Part shown: positions 1-11,661 of the stretch, piece after piece
Numbering within the stretch: the first letter of the stretch is position 1
Layout: each line of letters opens with the position of its first letter
Program-made: the position numbers and the translations under genes
The notes under the pieces: model-generated
What the model was told of the DNA's origin: nothing
Databases searched by the model: none
Seen by the model: the letters and a program-made list of their open reading frames with translations, nothing else
NCBI GenBank assembly: GCA_020891255.1
Contig: BQFW01000004.1
Span: 2,604,001-2,668,000, forward strand
Length of the DNA: 64,000 nucleotides
DNA from: Entomortierella parvispora E1425
Lineage: Eukaryota; Fungi; Mortierellomycota
Direction: 5' to 3'

Positions 1-464
1 GGAGAGGGTCAGGGGGGGTGGATGTAGAGTGAGAAAGAGAACGCCGGAGACGCTGGTTTATACATATACATTTGTTTTTCTTTCCGTCACCAAGATACAC
101 AGGCGCCAAAACAAAAACGAAAAAAAAGATGAGGAAGAAAGAGCAGGCACGATGACATACACGCCAGCATGCATAACTATAGAGTCTTATTTGAATAATG
201 AAACCATTGCACTCCTAAAAAAATAACCAATGAAGAAAAAAGAACTTGCAAGACACACAACGCCTAGATAAAGTGTAGGAGTGAGTGAGTGAAGCCCATA
301 GAGGCTCTATGTTTTCCAGGCGGAAAAAAAAAACAAAAGAAAAACTTCCCTGTGAACAAATGAATGGATCTTGCGACGACGACAATTTTATTATTTTAAA
401 GGTATGGTAGTATTGTACAGTTTTTTTGTCATAGCCCCAAACACCGGCTTTAGGTCTTGCTCCT

Positions 465-2114
465 TTATGGAGTGCTTGCACGAGGCTGGTCCCAAGGACG
501 AGTAATGACTTGGAAGATGGCCTTGTCAAAGGCAGGTGGGTTGTCAAGATACAGGTGATGGCCTGCATTTGGAATCCTCATCAAGACGGTAGGCACGGTC
601 ATGGACTTTCTAGCCTTCTCAGCTGCTCTGAAGTCCATCCAATCGCTCTCGCCATCTACGAAGGAACAGGAAAAGAAAATGAAGATGAGTCTTTGAAATC
701 TTTGTAATATGCAGGAGGTATATATCCATAAGACAAAAAACAAACTTACAAAGGAAAACAGTGGGCATGGTCAGAACCTTGAGTCTGTCCATCAATGGCC
801 AGCGTGCATATGCACCAGGGGCCAAGATCGTGGCCAGAGCATACTCTCCACTTCCACTCTTGGAAGAAATGTGATAAATGTAGTTGTTCAAGTCCTAAAA
901 AGGTAGAAAAGAACGAATACAAAGTCAGAATTGTCCTTCAAACATTCAGCATTTCAAGGATGAACGGCACAAGTATTTACCCTTTGTTCATCTTCTTCCA
1001 AATGAGCGAATCGGCGGGAGGTATAAGCTGCCACCAGAGAGGGTCCAAAGGGTCCTGTGAATCTCATGATAGACTGTGGCGTAATGTTGCGTTCCCAAGC
1101 TCCCATCGCCAGTCTCCGAACCCATGGTGAAGGTCCTGCCCTGGCAACTTCCTTTGGAGGGCTTGGTGGTGTCGCTGAACCAGAATCCTGCTGAGGAGGT
1201 TGAGGGAGAGGCGCCTTTTGAGCTTCTGGGTTCTCGGGAATACCAACTATGTAGCAGGAGAGAATTATTGTGGTTAGAAAGAAGGCCATATTAAAAAGAA
1301 AACCATTTGCACCAAAAGTAATCAAAGCACAAAGTCAGCACTTGCCTGGACTGACGAGGATCAGTTTTTCGACCCTCTCTGGGTACTTGAGTGCGTACGC
1401 GACTGAGAGATAGCCTCCGAGAGAGTGACCGACCAAGACCATCTTGTCAATCTTTTGAATCTCTCGCCATTCTTCCAGTCCATCGATGAAAAAGTCTTCT
1501 GAATCCTTGACAACCTGCTGGACGGATGACTTTTGAGTATGCTTAAACTTGAAATCCGGTCTAGAGCTTCCTCCCATGCCGAGCCAGTCCAATGCATAGA
1601 TCTTGGAGTTGGGGATCTGACTCAAACTGTGAAAGTTTCTGTAAAAAAAGGCCATGCCGGCACCGTAGCCGTGACAGACCACAATGGCCCGCTCGCCTGG
1701 GGCAGGTGGGGAGACGACAGAGTTGTCATGATTGTCCATGGTGGATTTGATGTCTAGTTTCGTCTGAGCGATAGGCGTTCTTCCTTGATCATCCGTTTCC
1801 TTGTCCTTTTGTTCCACAGCGGCCTCCGACATGTCCACGGCAGAGCCAAAGGGGCCAGTGTTTTGTTGTTTGATGACCAAAGTGTTGATGAATCGGTTCT
1901 TGCCAGAGAGTTCGACGAGACCCACACGAGCTACGGTCGTGTTCTCGGAGGCATCGGTGCTGGAGACACCCTTGAAGGAGAAGAACTGGAGACGAGAGAG
2001 AAGTCTGGCTTCGGCGGCCAGGGCCTGGTCCTTGTTGGTTCTGGTCCACCAAGTCTTGGCGGCGCCCCAGCGTGAGAACATGTCGGGGGCTGGCGGTAGA
2101 GTTTCAGAGGGCAT
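465..2114 (-). CDS. Alpha/beta hydrolase of the ABHD4/ABHD5/CLD1/ICT1 family (phospholipase/deacylase-acyltransferase), 4 exons
   Basis: Exons 2114-1346, 1246-981, 894-750, 655-465 splice into one frame. Motifs: VVCHGYGAGMAFFYRNF, ALDWLGMGGSSRP, nucleophile GHSLGG, LVSPVGIP, YGESDWMD, and C-terminal HHLYLD (HxxxxD acyltransferase motif). Intron 1 has a GC donor. Confidence 0.93.
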
Positions 2115-2590
2115 GATGGGGAAGCGAAAGCGAGGTCTTATCAGTAGGCGAGGAATGGTGAAGGATGCCGCTGCTGCGATGGCAATGGCGATGATGAGCG
2201 CGAGGATGGAGAAAAAGGACGAGTGAGAGAAGAGAAGCGGACGAGCCAGGATGGCGGCGAGTAGGGTGAATAGGGTGAATAGGGTGAGTGAAGGTGAAGG
2301 TGAAGAAAGATAAAGAAAGAAAGAGAGGAGGGAGGGAGGGAGAAAAAGAACCTTTTTTTATGTATCCCTGATCGAACATCTGTGTGGTCCGATCGCACAG
2401 ACGGTGATCGGTCAGCATGGATGGATTCACTGCGTGGGAGGGGAGTGGGAGTGGGAGTGGGACGCGCACTGCGTCGTCATTGCAGGTGTGCCGTGGCCTG
2501 GAATGGCAATTTTCATTGCCTGGTTGCTGTCTTTTTTTGGATGCCCTCGATTCGTCATGTGACTTGTTCCTGCAGTCACGTGTGTTTCTC

Positions 2591-2610
2591 ATTCATTCAT
2601 TCATTCATTC
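2591..2610 (+). repeat. (ATTC)5 microsatellite in the divergent ABHD/Aurora promoter
   Basis: ATTCATTCATTCATTCATTC lies 8 nt downstream of CAGTCACGTG. Confidence 0.9.
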
Positions 2611-3048
2611 TTGTGCCTGGCATCCATTCATGTCATTATTCAATCCTTGCATCCATCCATCTTCACCTACATCACACCTTAGCATATACCCAACGCACCC
2701 TCTGTGTCGTGTCCTTTCTTTACCTATACTCTCTATCTATTCAACCCACTCCTCTCCTCTCTCAAATTCCTCTCTCTGCCTCGACGCATTCCCCACGGTC
2801 GTCCATTGTTTATTTTTCAGGAACCAATAACAGAATCGCGCGCGTTTTTTTTCCCCTCTTCTTGGGTGCTTCATTTCTGCATCAAAACCTCTTCTGTAGG
2901 CGCTGAGAACAATGAAGCAAATGTATCAAGAGACAAAACCCCCAGTCCAGACTGCTGACAGTTCTTGTTTACCTTCATTTAGATTCACAACTCTTTGCTC
3001 GTCATTCCTTTCAACCGCGCCGCGACAGTTCTGGGATAGCCAGTGCTC

Positions 3049-4962
3049 ATGTCCCATTCGACCGCGAAAACACTCTCAGTCGCCACCTCTTCAACTCTAG
3101 GAGGACAAAAGTCAAATCGATACGAACCATCCACCTCATCCTCGTCGTTTTCAATGTTGTCTGGCAACCGCTCCGGACCCTCCTCCTCTATTGTACTGTC
3201 CAAACTCCGGACCAACAATCAAAATATCGCAGGAAACAACAATAATACCTCTGGGAGTGGAGCAGTCAGTTCAAGTTCAAGGTCGGCCACGCCAGTAAGC
3301 AGTGTCGGCAGCGGTATCTCTGGGATCTTTAGCAGTTTGATCAAAAAAGTCGAGTCTGGAAACCCGATTGGAGGCACACAACATGCGCGATTGGGTGGCA
3401 TGATGCCACCTTCCTCTGTCGCAGCACATGTTGATCGACACAGACCCACGGCCTCCAGTCATCAGAATACCAACAATAACGACGACAGCAATGAGGAAAA
3501 CAAAGACTCTACAACAAGCGACAGAGACCGGAATGGCAGCAGTGCAAGTACGACAGGAACTCTATTTAAATCTACCGCCGTCAGTCGTGCATCCTCGCCC
3601 CCCGTCTCAAACCAGTCTGGAAAGATGATGCCTCCGCCGGTCGGAGGATCTCCACGTCATAACCCTTATCAGCGGTCTGCGGTTGTTGCAGGTGCCTCCT
3701 CCAGGACTTCGTACGGAGCATATCATTACGAGTCGATGGCAGCGTCTATTAGGTACATTTCAGGACTAGCAAAAATGAGCCTCTGTTGTTCTCGTAACTA
3801 ACCTTTGCTGCCTTTCCGCCGTCTTAAATACATAGTCGCGCTTTGCCTGCTCGGGAGTGGTGTCTGGATGACTTTGAGTTGGCGCGGCCGTTGGGCAAAG
3901 GTCAATTCGGGAGTGTGTATTTGATGCGTGAACGCCAGTCAGGGTATATCGTGGCAATGAAGGTCTTGAACAAGAGCGAGTTGCTGAACCACAACATGGT
4001 GCGTCAGTTGCGACGTGAGATTGATATCCAATCCAATTTAAAGTAAGCCCTGCTCTGCCTTCGTGAATGCTGAGCTCAACGTCAGAATGAAAAAGGAAAA
4101 AAAAATATACTCATATTGTTGTAATTTTTTAGGCACAAGAACATTTTACGATTGGACACTTTCTTTCATGACAAGACCCGCGTGTTCTTGGTACTAGAGT
4201 ATGCGCCACAGGGTGAACTTTACAAAAAGATGAGAAAAGTGGGCCGATTCTCAGAGGAACAAGCATCTAGGGTAATAGAACGACTCAGGAGCCACTACGC
4301 GTGCGAATGGTGATCGCCATGATTACATTGTCTAACATTTCCCATCCTTTCTTTTAGTATATTTTCGAGTTGGCGACGGCACTGTCATATCTTCACCGCA
4401 AAAATGTTATTCATCGCGACATGAAGCCCGAGAACCTGCTACTTGGACTGAATGGAGAACTCAAGATCTCTGACTTTGGATGGTCAGTCCATTCACCCCA
4501 GACAAGACGGAAAACATTGTGCGGAACACTAGACTATTTGGCACCCGAGGTGGTAGAGGGAAGGTTGCATTCCACCGAGGTGGATCTGTGGTCTTTGGGC
4601 GTCCTTTGTTATGAGTTTGTGGTGGGCAACCCTCCGTTTGAGCATATTGGCGACCCAAATGATGCCAACGACGGTAAAGAAAAGACCTTTCAAAAGATTC
4701 TAAAGGTCGACATGACGATTCCAGACTATGTCAGCCATGAAGCCAGGGATCTGATAACCAAGGTAAGGGCGACGTGGCACTTGAGTGCCCTTTTCTTTGT
4801 TTTTTTTTTGTCCTGCCGTCCATTGAAAGCTAAACATGATTATTTTTTACCTTGATCGTCTTGTAGCTGCTCAGACTGGACATGACGAAGCGTTTGTCAT
4901 TGGAACGCGTGTTGCTTCACCCCTGGATTACGCGGCACAATGCAGGAAGGCCTCGATCGTAA
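3049..4962 (+). CDS. IPL1: Aurora kinase (Ipl1/Ark1 family) with a long Ser-rich N-terminus, 5 exons
   Basis: Exons 3049-3752, 3836-4042, 4133-4271, 4358-4762, 4867-4962. Motifs: [73 protein letters not shown]-terminal [12 protein letters not shown]. Confidence 0.95.
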
Positions 4963-5315
4963 ACAACTTTTCTTTTTTTTTTTTCACTTTTTTTTTTCTT
5001 TCTTTTTTCCCTCCGTTTTTTTTTTTTGTCGTGTCTTCCGTCGACTGAAATAAAGAGCCTCATTGCGCGACAAGACCATCGATCGCGTTGCGCCATCATT
5101 GTTTGCTGTTCTTTACAGATTACAAATAATTTGATCCGCACCTCTATCACTGCAAAGGTCTGAGATTTCTGAAAAGAGAATTGTTTTATAGAAATGAGAA
5201 ATGAATGGAGGGAAATACACACCTCTTGTGAATGAGATAGGGTCAAAAACGAAAGGAAAAAAAAACAGGAAACTAAAGAGAAGAAGGAGAGTGGCTGGGT
5301 CATGATCAAACTCCA

Positions 5316-7179
5316 TCAGGCATGCTCGTGCTTGGGATCATCGTCTTGGCAAGACTTCAAATCCGAATGACGGCGGAGCTCATCCTTGCGCGAAAAGGGC
5401 TTGTCGCACTTTTGGCAGGCATAGATGTGGGTCACGCCATGGATCGAGATTTGATGACGCTGCAGATCATTCTTGCGTGTGAACGACTTTTTGCATCCCT
5501 GTTCAGGGCAGGCAAAGAGCCGTGCCTTGCTCCGGTCATGAGTACGCTCATGAGTGTTCAGATTGAAGAGACGCGAAAAGGCACGACCGCACTGGGCGCA
5601 GGTAAACTGCCGAGGCGCTTCCTCGCCCGCTTCCTTGATCACGTCCGACTTTCGCTTCAATGGGTTCTCGCTCGAGGTCTTGGTCGCAGCAGTGACGGCG
5701 GACTCTGAGGTCGAGGAGGTCTGGTACTGTTGTTGGTGACCAAGGAGGGACATGAGAAGGTCCAAATCCGCAGAGGAGGCGGCCTTGGCGAGAGGCATCA
5801 TTGGAGAGGCAGACATTCCGAATCCAAGTCTGCCGTCAAAGGTCGTGGGGGCGAGCGCAGAGGCGCTAAAGTCGAACGAATAGGTTTGGGGAACAGTGGA
5901 GGTCCAATCCAACGAGAACTGAGAATCTGACGAGACGACAGTGGGGGCTGGGGTATCCATAAGAGGAGAGACATTTACATCGTCAAACAAACTTCCGATG
6001 TAGTTGGAGGTGCCATTCATCATCATGGGAGACGACTGGGCAGAAACAGACAGAGATTGGCTGTTCATGCTGGCAGCGGCTGCCGCGACAAGTTGCATGG
6101 CAAGCTCTTGGGTCTCGAGCTCCTGTATTGCAAAAAAAGAGAAAACCAACGTGTGAGATGATGGTTTCCACGAAAAAAATAAAATACAAGTGGATATTCA
6201 ACAGACATCAAGGCGAATTGCTTACGTTCGAATCGGTAGAAGGGGACAAAGTTAACGTGGTCGACATTGGGGTCGAGAGGGTCGAGATAGGGCTCATGGG
6301 AGCGATATCATCAAAGAGAACAAAATCGAGCAAGGCGGTTTCGGCTTGAAGACGGGCATCATTCGCGGTCTGTCCAAAGGAGTCGGCCCTGATCTCGGCG
6401 TCCGAGGTGGACAGGATCGAGTTCGAGGGAGAAGGGAACAGAGTCGAGAAAGAGTCTTGGGCAGCGGGAGCGAAAGCGTCGGCACACTCGTTCTCACCCA
6501 TACCGGCACCTAGGAAGGTGGCGGGGGAGGTGGAAGCGGAAGCGGCTTCGGTTGTGCTCCAAAACTGCTCGAGACTGGCTGCATCAAAGTCATCAGAGGC
6601 CACACACTCAAACAAAGGAGTCTGAGAAGGGGTTTGGTCCGGCGTGTCAAGGAAAGGCGAGAACGGTGAATCGAAGGCAGAGGCGCAGGCCTCGTCAAAG
6701 GGCGACAGGTGGTCAAAACCAGAAGCGTCGCTCTTGGGCAAGGCGGTGCGGGCAGAGGCAGAGGCAGAGGCAGAGTCAAAGGGTGCGTCTAGAGAGGAAT
6801 CGGTGGAATTAATCCACCCAAGCTGCTCTAGACTTAACAAAGACGGTGACGGAAACGACGACACGGGACCATTGCTGGGCGTGGTCGAGCCGTGGTAGCC
6901 AACTTCTGGCCTAAGGGTGGGAGACGGAACTCGTTGATGGTGGACATGCTGATTATCTGAGGGGGGGTTGAAGGTGGAAGTGGTAGAAATAGGGAAAATA
7001 GGAAAAATAGGGGGCTTAAGAGTGGAAGCTGCTTGAGGCTGAATAGAGTCGAGCTTGGAAGGAGCGAAAAACGTGGGTGACGATTTGTCAATAAAAAAAA
7101 AGGCTGGATTAAAAGTGTTTGGGGTTGTTTGCATAGACTGGGGGGGTGGAGAAGAAAAAGTGTCGTCAGATATGAACAT
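5316..7179 (-). CDS. C2H2 zinc-finger transcription factor with two canonical fingers, a third C2HC-like finger and an acidic/Ser-Pro N-terminal region, 2 exons
   Basis: Exon 1 runs from ATG 7179 (or ATG 7134) to 6226; the intron is 6225-6123; exon 2 is 6122-5316. Fingers: CAQCGRAFSRLFNLNTHERTH, CPEQGCKKSFTRKNDLQRHQISIH, CQKCDKPFSRKDELRRHSDLKSC. The ORF-track start at 7227 is a TTG. Confidence 0.88.
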
Positions 7180-9833
7180 GCACAGGTGGGCGGGGAAGGC
7201 TTGGGTGTGGAGTTCAGACGGCGGCAAGGCGGGCTGGGGCGGGCGAGCTGTTCAGGGACGGGAACAGACTACTTGATCTTCTTGCGAAAGGAGACGGATC
7301 CAAAGGGTGCTTCGGCTAGGGGAGGAGACCGAAGAAGCTTGGATACGAATAAAAGACGGGTAATCGACCTTGCACAGAAAGGTGGTCGATTGAAAAAAGG
7401 AACGCTTGTGGAGGTTGCTGCTGGGCTATTTGGCTTGTCTTTCCGAGAGACAAGGCTTGTTGCTGGTTTTAAGTTGTTTAAAAAGAGGAGGGGGGAGGGG
7501 AGGTGGGGGGAACGTAAAGTTGTTCTCGTATGGCCGGGGTGATCGACAGATGTAAAGTGCTAGATGGGGGTGTTTCTGGGAAGAAAGGGAGACCTTTGTA
7601 ATCCGTAGAATAGGATGAAAGGTCTTTGGTTTTTGCTCGGGGAAGGGAACAAAAAAGAAAGAGAAGGGGGAAAGAGATATCTTCTGCTGGAGGCAGAGGG
7701 GGAGATGTCGCTTTGTGGGTAGGGAAGGGAGGGGAGGGAAGGGAGGAGGAAGAAGGAAAAGAAAAGAGAAAAAAGAAGCAAAGGACTCCGGACCGATATG
7801 TATGAAGGATGCCGCGATCAGGTGACCGACCCATTCTGGGCTTTCACGGCGTGCAGCAGATGACTTTGCTCATTTTTAGTCAGTCAGGGTCTGTTCGTCC
7901 GTCTGTTCAAAGACGCCGTTCTTTTTTCATTTCACAGCACTTTTTTTAGGCTCGAACGTCATCTTTGCTGACAAGCAAACAATGCGGAATAGAACAACTT
8001 CCACAGGCTTTATTGCGAGTTGTCTGTCCCCTCTTGGCAGCGTTTGCGTACGGTTTGCTTACCTCCTTTCCCAGGATTTGTAGTGGCATCGTCAAGCCTG
8101 CCTGCGTCTTTCTTTCTTTGTCTCTCATCCTTCTCCACTTTCAAACAACAACAACAAAATGCCCAGTCTCACCCCGGGCAAAAACAAAAGCCAATTGCTC
8201 TCCCCGTCTCCTTGACCATTCGAATCCAAAAACTGCGGATTTTCGGAGTTTGAATTTCCATTGCACTGGCCTTGTGCATGGAGACCACTTCAGCCAATCA
8301 GATACCACTGTCGGAGCAACAGAGTGAGGAGCGATCGAATCAGGCAGGGCGCTGCCACTTCAGTCACTCACACGCCCTTTCATCGCGACTGCTGGCAACC
8401 GGCCAAACAGAGAGCGATTGGATGGTCGTTCCCTGCGGCTATCGACTTCCAACATTCCTATCCGGGTAGTGGTGCCAGACTGGATCCTGTTGCAATTACT
8501 TATAGCTGGGTATTGTGCACACTGGAAACCTTTATGACTTCGGAACATACGAACGAAGTGAAGAGCAGACTGCACTGGTTGGATGATGAAGGGTATGGGA
8601 CAGTGACAAGCTCAAGAGAAAGGGTGCTTATCAGCACCGTTGGGGGAAGTGCAAGACAGGGCCTTGGAGGAATCGACAGGGGTTGGACATGTGAAATGAG
8701 CGCTGAAGATTGAAGACTGGTTGCAAAGAGGGACGCTACGCGAAGGAAAAGGGAAGAGAAGAGTGCAAAACAATGGCAGGGTTGCTTTTATCGTCGACAT
8801 TCGTAGCGCCACCAATTCGATACAGACCTGCCGCAGGCGGAAAGTCTAAAAAGTCTAGGAGCGCACCAGCAAGGACAAGAAGGTTGAGGCCGCGTCTGTG
8901 GATTGACGCGATTCCGAGACACAACGCCCCACTATGGACTTTTGTGCTCAGGATCTTGTCATTTCTAATCAGCTCGATGACGATGGTGCACTGGATCATG
9001 TCTTCAAGGTGCTTGAGGAGCTGGAAGAACCGTTTAGTCTTGCGGTGGCAAAAGGAGCCAAACTGCGCTCCCTTTTTTTTTTCTTGATCGCCGAGGTCAC
9101 CGAATCGAGGGTTTGCAAGATACCAATTGCAAACCGGGGTAGACACTTTAAAACACAAAGAGGGGAGTGAACAATGGATTGCGAACTGTAGGCGGAGAGC
9201 TTGGCCCTTGGCATCGCAGTTTCATTGCCGAGAAGCGCGAAGCAATGAAAGTGAACAGAGAATTCGCGCACCTTTTTTTTCTTGTTCAACAGGGGGGATT
9301 TGATTCCATGCAGTCCGAGAGAACATTTATTGCGGCGCGCCGCGTTGGTGGCCGTGCAAAGTCTATTTCGTATTCTTGAATCGAGCAATGGATTGAGCAA
9401 CTTTTCGAGAAAATCTAGTGACATCGGGTTGGTTTTTTTTTTGTTTTTTTTCAGGAGCCAAGAAAGAAAACAAGACAACATTAGCATGACTCAATTGCGC
9501 CTCGGCAGGGCCTCAATGGCCTCTCGCTCACCCTGACAGCTAATGATTGCAGACCCTGTTCCTCATTTTGCGCCCGCAGCTGATCTCTCGAAGGTCCTTG
9601 GCGTCGGGAACTGCAGCGAGGACATTAGCTTAGTGAATGCCAAGGTCAAACGGGTAGGTGAAGGGCGAAGTCCAGACATGACATTGTGTATAAAAGAACG
9701 CTGCAACATGCACTCTTTTGTTCGCATCTTCATCCATCGCAGCAAACCCGGTTTTCAAACTGCCCATAGCAAGCCCTACAACAGCAATCACAACCACGAC
9801 AACTACCTCCCTCTCTTGAACAAAACTCCATCC

Positions 9834-10022
9834 ATGCCCCTCTTCAAGTCTATCAAGAAGCAAACCTCAGCCAACTCGACCTCAAATCAAACTCCTCGAC
9901 CCTCCTTGAACGATTACCGACCCCTGATCGATTCCCAAGCCAAAACGACACCGGAGCAGGCCCTCAAGAAACTTTCCAAGCAGGGAGCTACATTTGGAAT
10001 GAGCGGCAACATTGTCGTCTAG
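9834..10022 (+). CDS. Small 62-aa intronless protein of unknown function
   Basis: ATG follows a C/A-rich leader (CAAAACTCCATCCATG). Codon use is C-ending biased like neighbouring genes. Sequence: MPLFKSIKKQTSANSTSNQTPRPSLNDYRPLIDSQAKTTPEQALKKLSKQGATFGMSGNIVV. No family recognised with certainty. Confidence 0.6.
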   Translation: MPLFKSIKKQTSANSTSNQTPRPSLNDYRPLIDSQAKTTPEQALKKLSKQGATFGMSGNIVV

Positions 10023-10525
10023 TAGACTCATACTCCAAAATGCTGGGCAATCTGATTTATGCCTATGGTGCTCCATACTTTGCACTCACGGTCTGTGTAC
10101 TATATTTAATACAAAATAAAGTCCCATCGGGTTTGAGATCGTACACAATCATAGCGATATCTGGGAGAGTAGAAAAGATACACTCCAGAAGTTATCGCAG
10201 TATGGGGTTAGGTGTAAGTATGGTTTATGGCAGTCCGTGCTCACGAGCTCTATTCAGATCGAGCCCAGACGTGAAGCAGGAAACCGGATGGCACCCAAGG
10301 ACTCTTTGTTCAAACAGGAAAAGCGCGTGGAGATTTTACACCCTTAATTGGGGGAGTTACGTTCCACGGCCCGAACGCGATCATTGTGCCGCAAGATTGG
10401 GCAAGACTCTCCTTTCGCCCCTCTTTCCACTCCTTCTTCCTCCCCTCGACTTGCGCCTTTCACCATCATCGGTCTCTACGAAACACAAAAGCACAGGAAT
10501 TCAGAGCAAGGACCTTGCCAGCAAC

Positions 10526-11661
10526 ATGATAAACTCGGGTTATGTCTCTGAGGCCACCAAGGTGCTGATGACAACACTCCTGGCCGACTTTGGGATACAA
10601 CTTGCTGGATTCAGTGTTTCTGCCCTTTTGCAGACAGAGAAGGTACAGCGGTACTACAGCGGTACTACAGCACGGTGAATGCGGGAGGAAAGCGAAACTG
10701 AATGTGAAAGCAGAGAATTGCAATTACGGCATTCATTCAGAATACGCTCTGATCTGATCACTTTTTTTTTTGGTCAGTTCTATGACCTGCTAGGGTCGAC
10801 GGCGTTTATTGTCTGCACGTACGTGTCACTGTTCAAACCATGGAACGACCAGGACCAATACAACGCAGCTGGACATTACACCGCTCTCCACCCACGTCAG
10901 ATCCTTGCCTCAAGCACAACAGTCATATGGGCCTTGTACCTAGGCTCATTTCTATTCAACCGTGCCCTGAGGCATGGCGACAAGAGATTCGACAGGATCA
11001 AGACCCGGCCCAGACGATTTTTCTTTTATTGGCATGTCCAAGGTGTTTGGGTCGCTCTCACGGCTCTCCCTGTTTATTTGACCAATTCTATCCCAGGGGA
11101 GGCCCACCCACCGATTGGACTGCGCGATATTCTAGGGTTTGTTCTATGGGGAGGAGGGTTTGCTTTCGAGATCATTGCCAACTACCAAAAGCAATGTTGG
11201 CGCAAGGAAATCGGAAGGGATTACAAGCGGTCGTTTATTTCGACGGGTCTTTGGTAAGCAGCGGAAAGGCCAGAAAAAATGGCGGAGCAACGATCGATTC
11301 AACCTGTGGACGATTTTTTCTAAATGAACTGATGTTTGCTCCGGGATGATATAGGTCGCTCTCAAGGCATCCCAACTACTTTGGTGAGTGCATACTATGG
11401 TTCGGTAGCTATCTATTCAGCTCGGGCGCGTTCTCAGCCGTGTTGTCGAACAATCCAGAGCAGACCATTCTTTCGCCTTGGATGACACGTCTTGCAGTGC
11501 TGAGCCCAGTGTTTGTCACGGTGTTGATCACTCGCGTGAGTGGTATCCCTTTGCTGGAGCGTGAGAATGATAGGCGTCTCAAGGATGTGGTTGCTTACTG
11601 GAAGTACAAGAAGCAAACCAGCATGTTTGTTCCCACCTGGCCCCATCCTGTGGCGGAGTGA
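10526..11661 (+). CDS. DUF1295 / steroid 5-alpha-reductase-like membrane protein, 3 exons
   Basis: Exons 10526-10642, 10778-11253, 11355-11661. Motifs: TEKFYDLLGS, GDKRFDRIK, QGVWVALTALP, FISTGLWSLSRHPNYFGE, VSGIPLLE. Confidence 0.92.

Noticed and set aside
2262-2305. (TAGGGTGAA)3 and GAAGGT repeats resembling telomeric sequence
   Set aside because: They are not TTAGGG arrays, only three units are present, and they lie in the pyrimidine-rich 5' leader of the ABHD gene.
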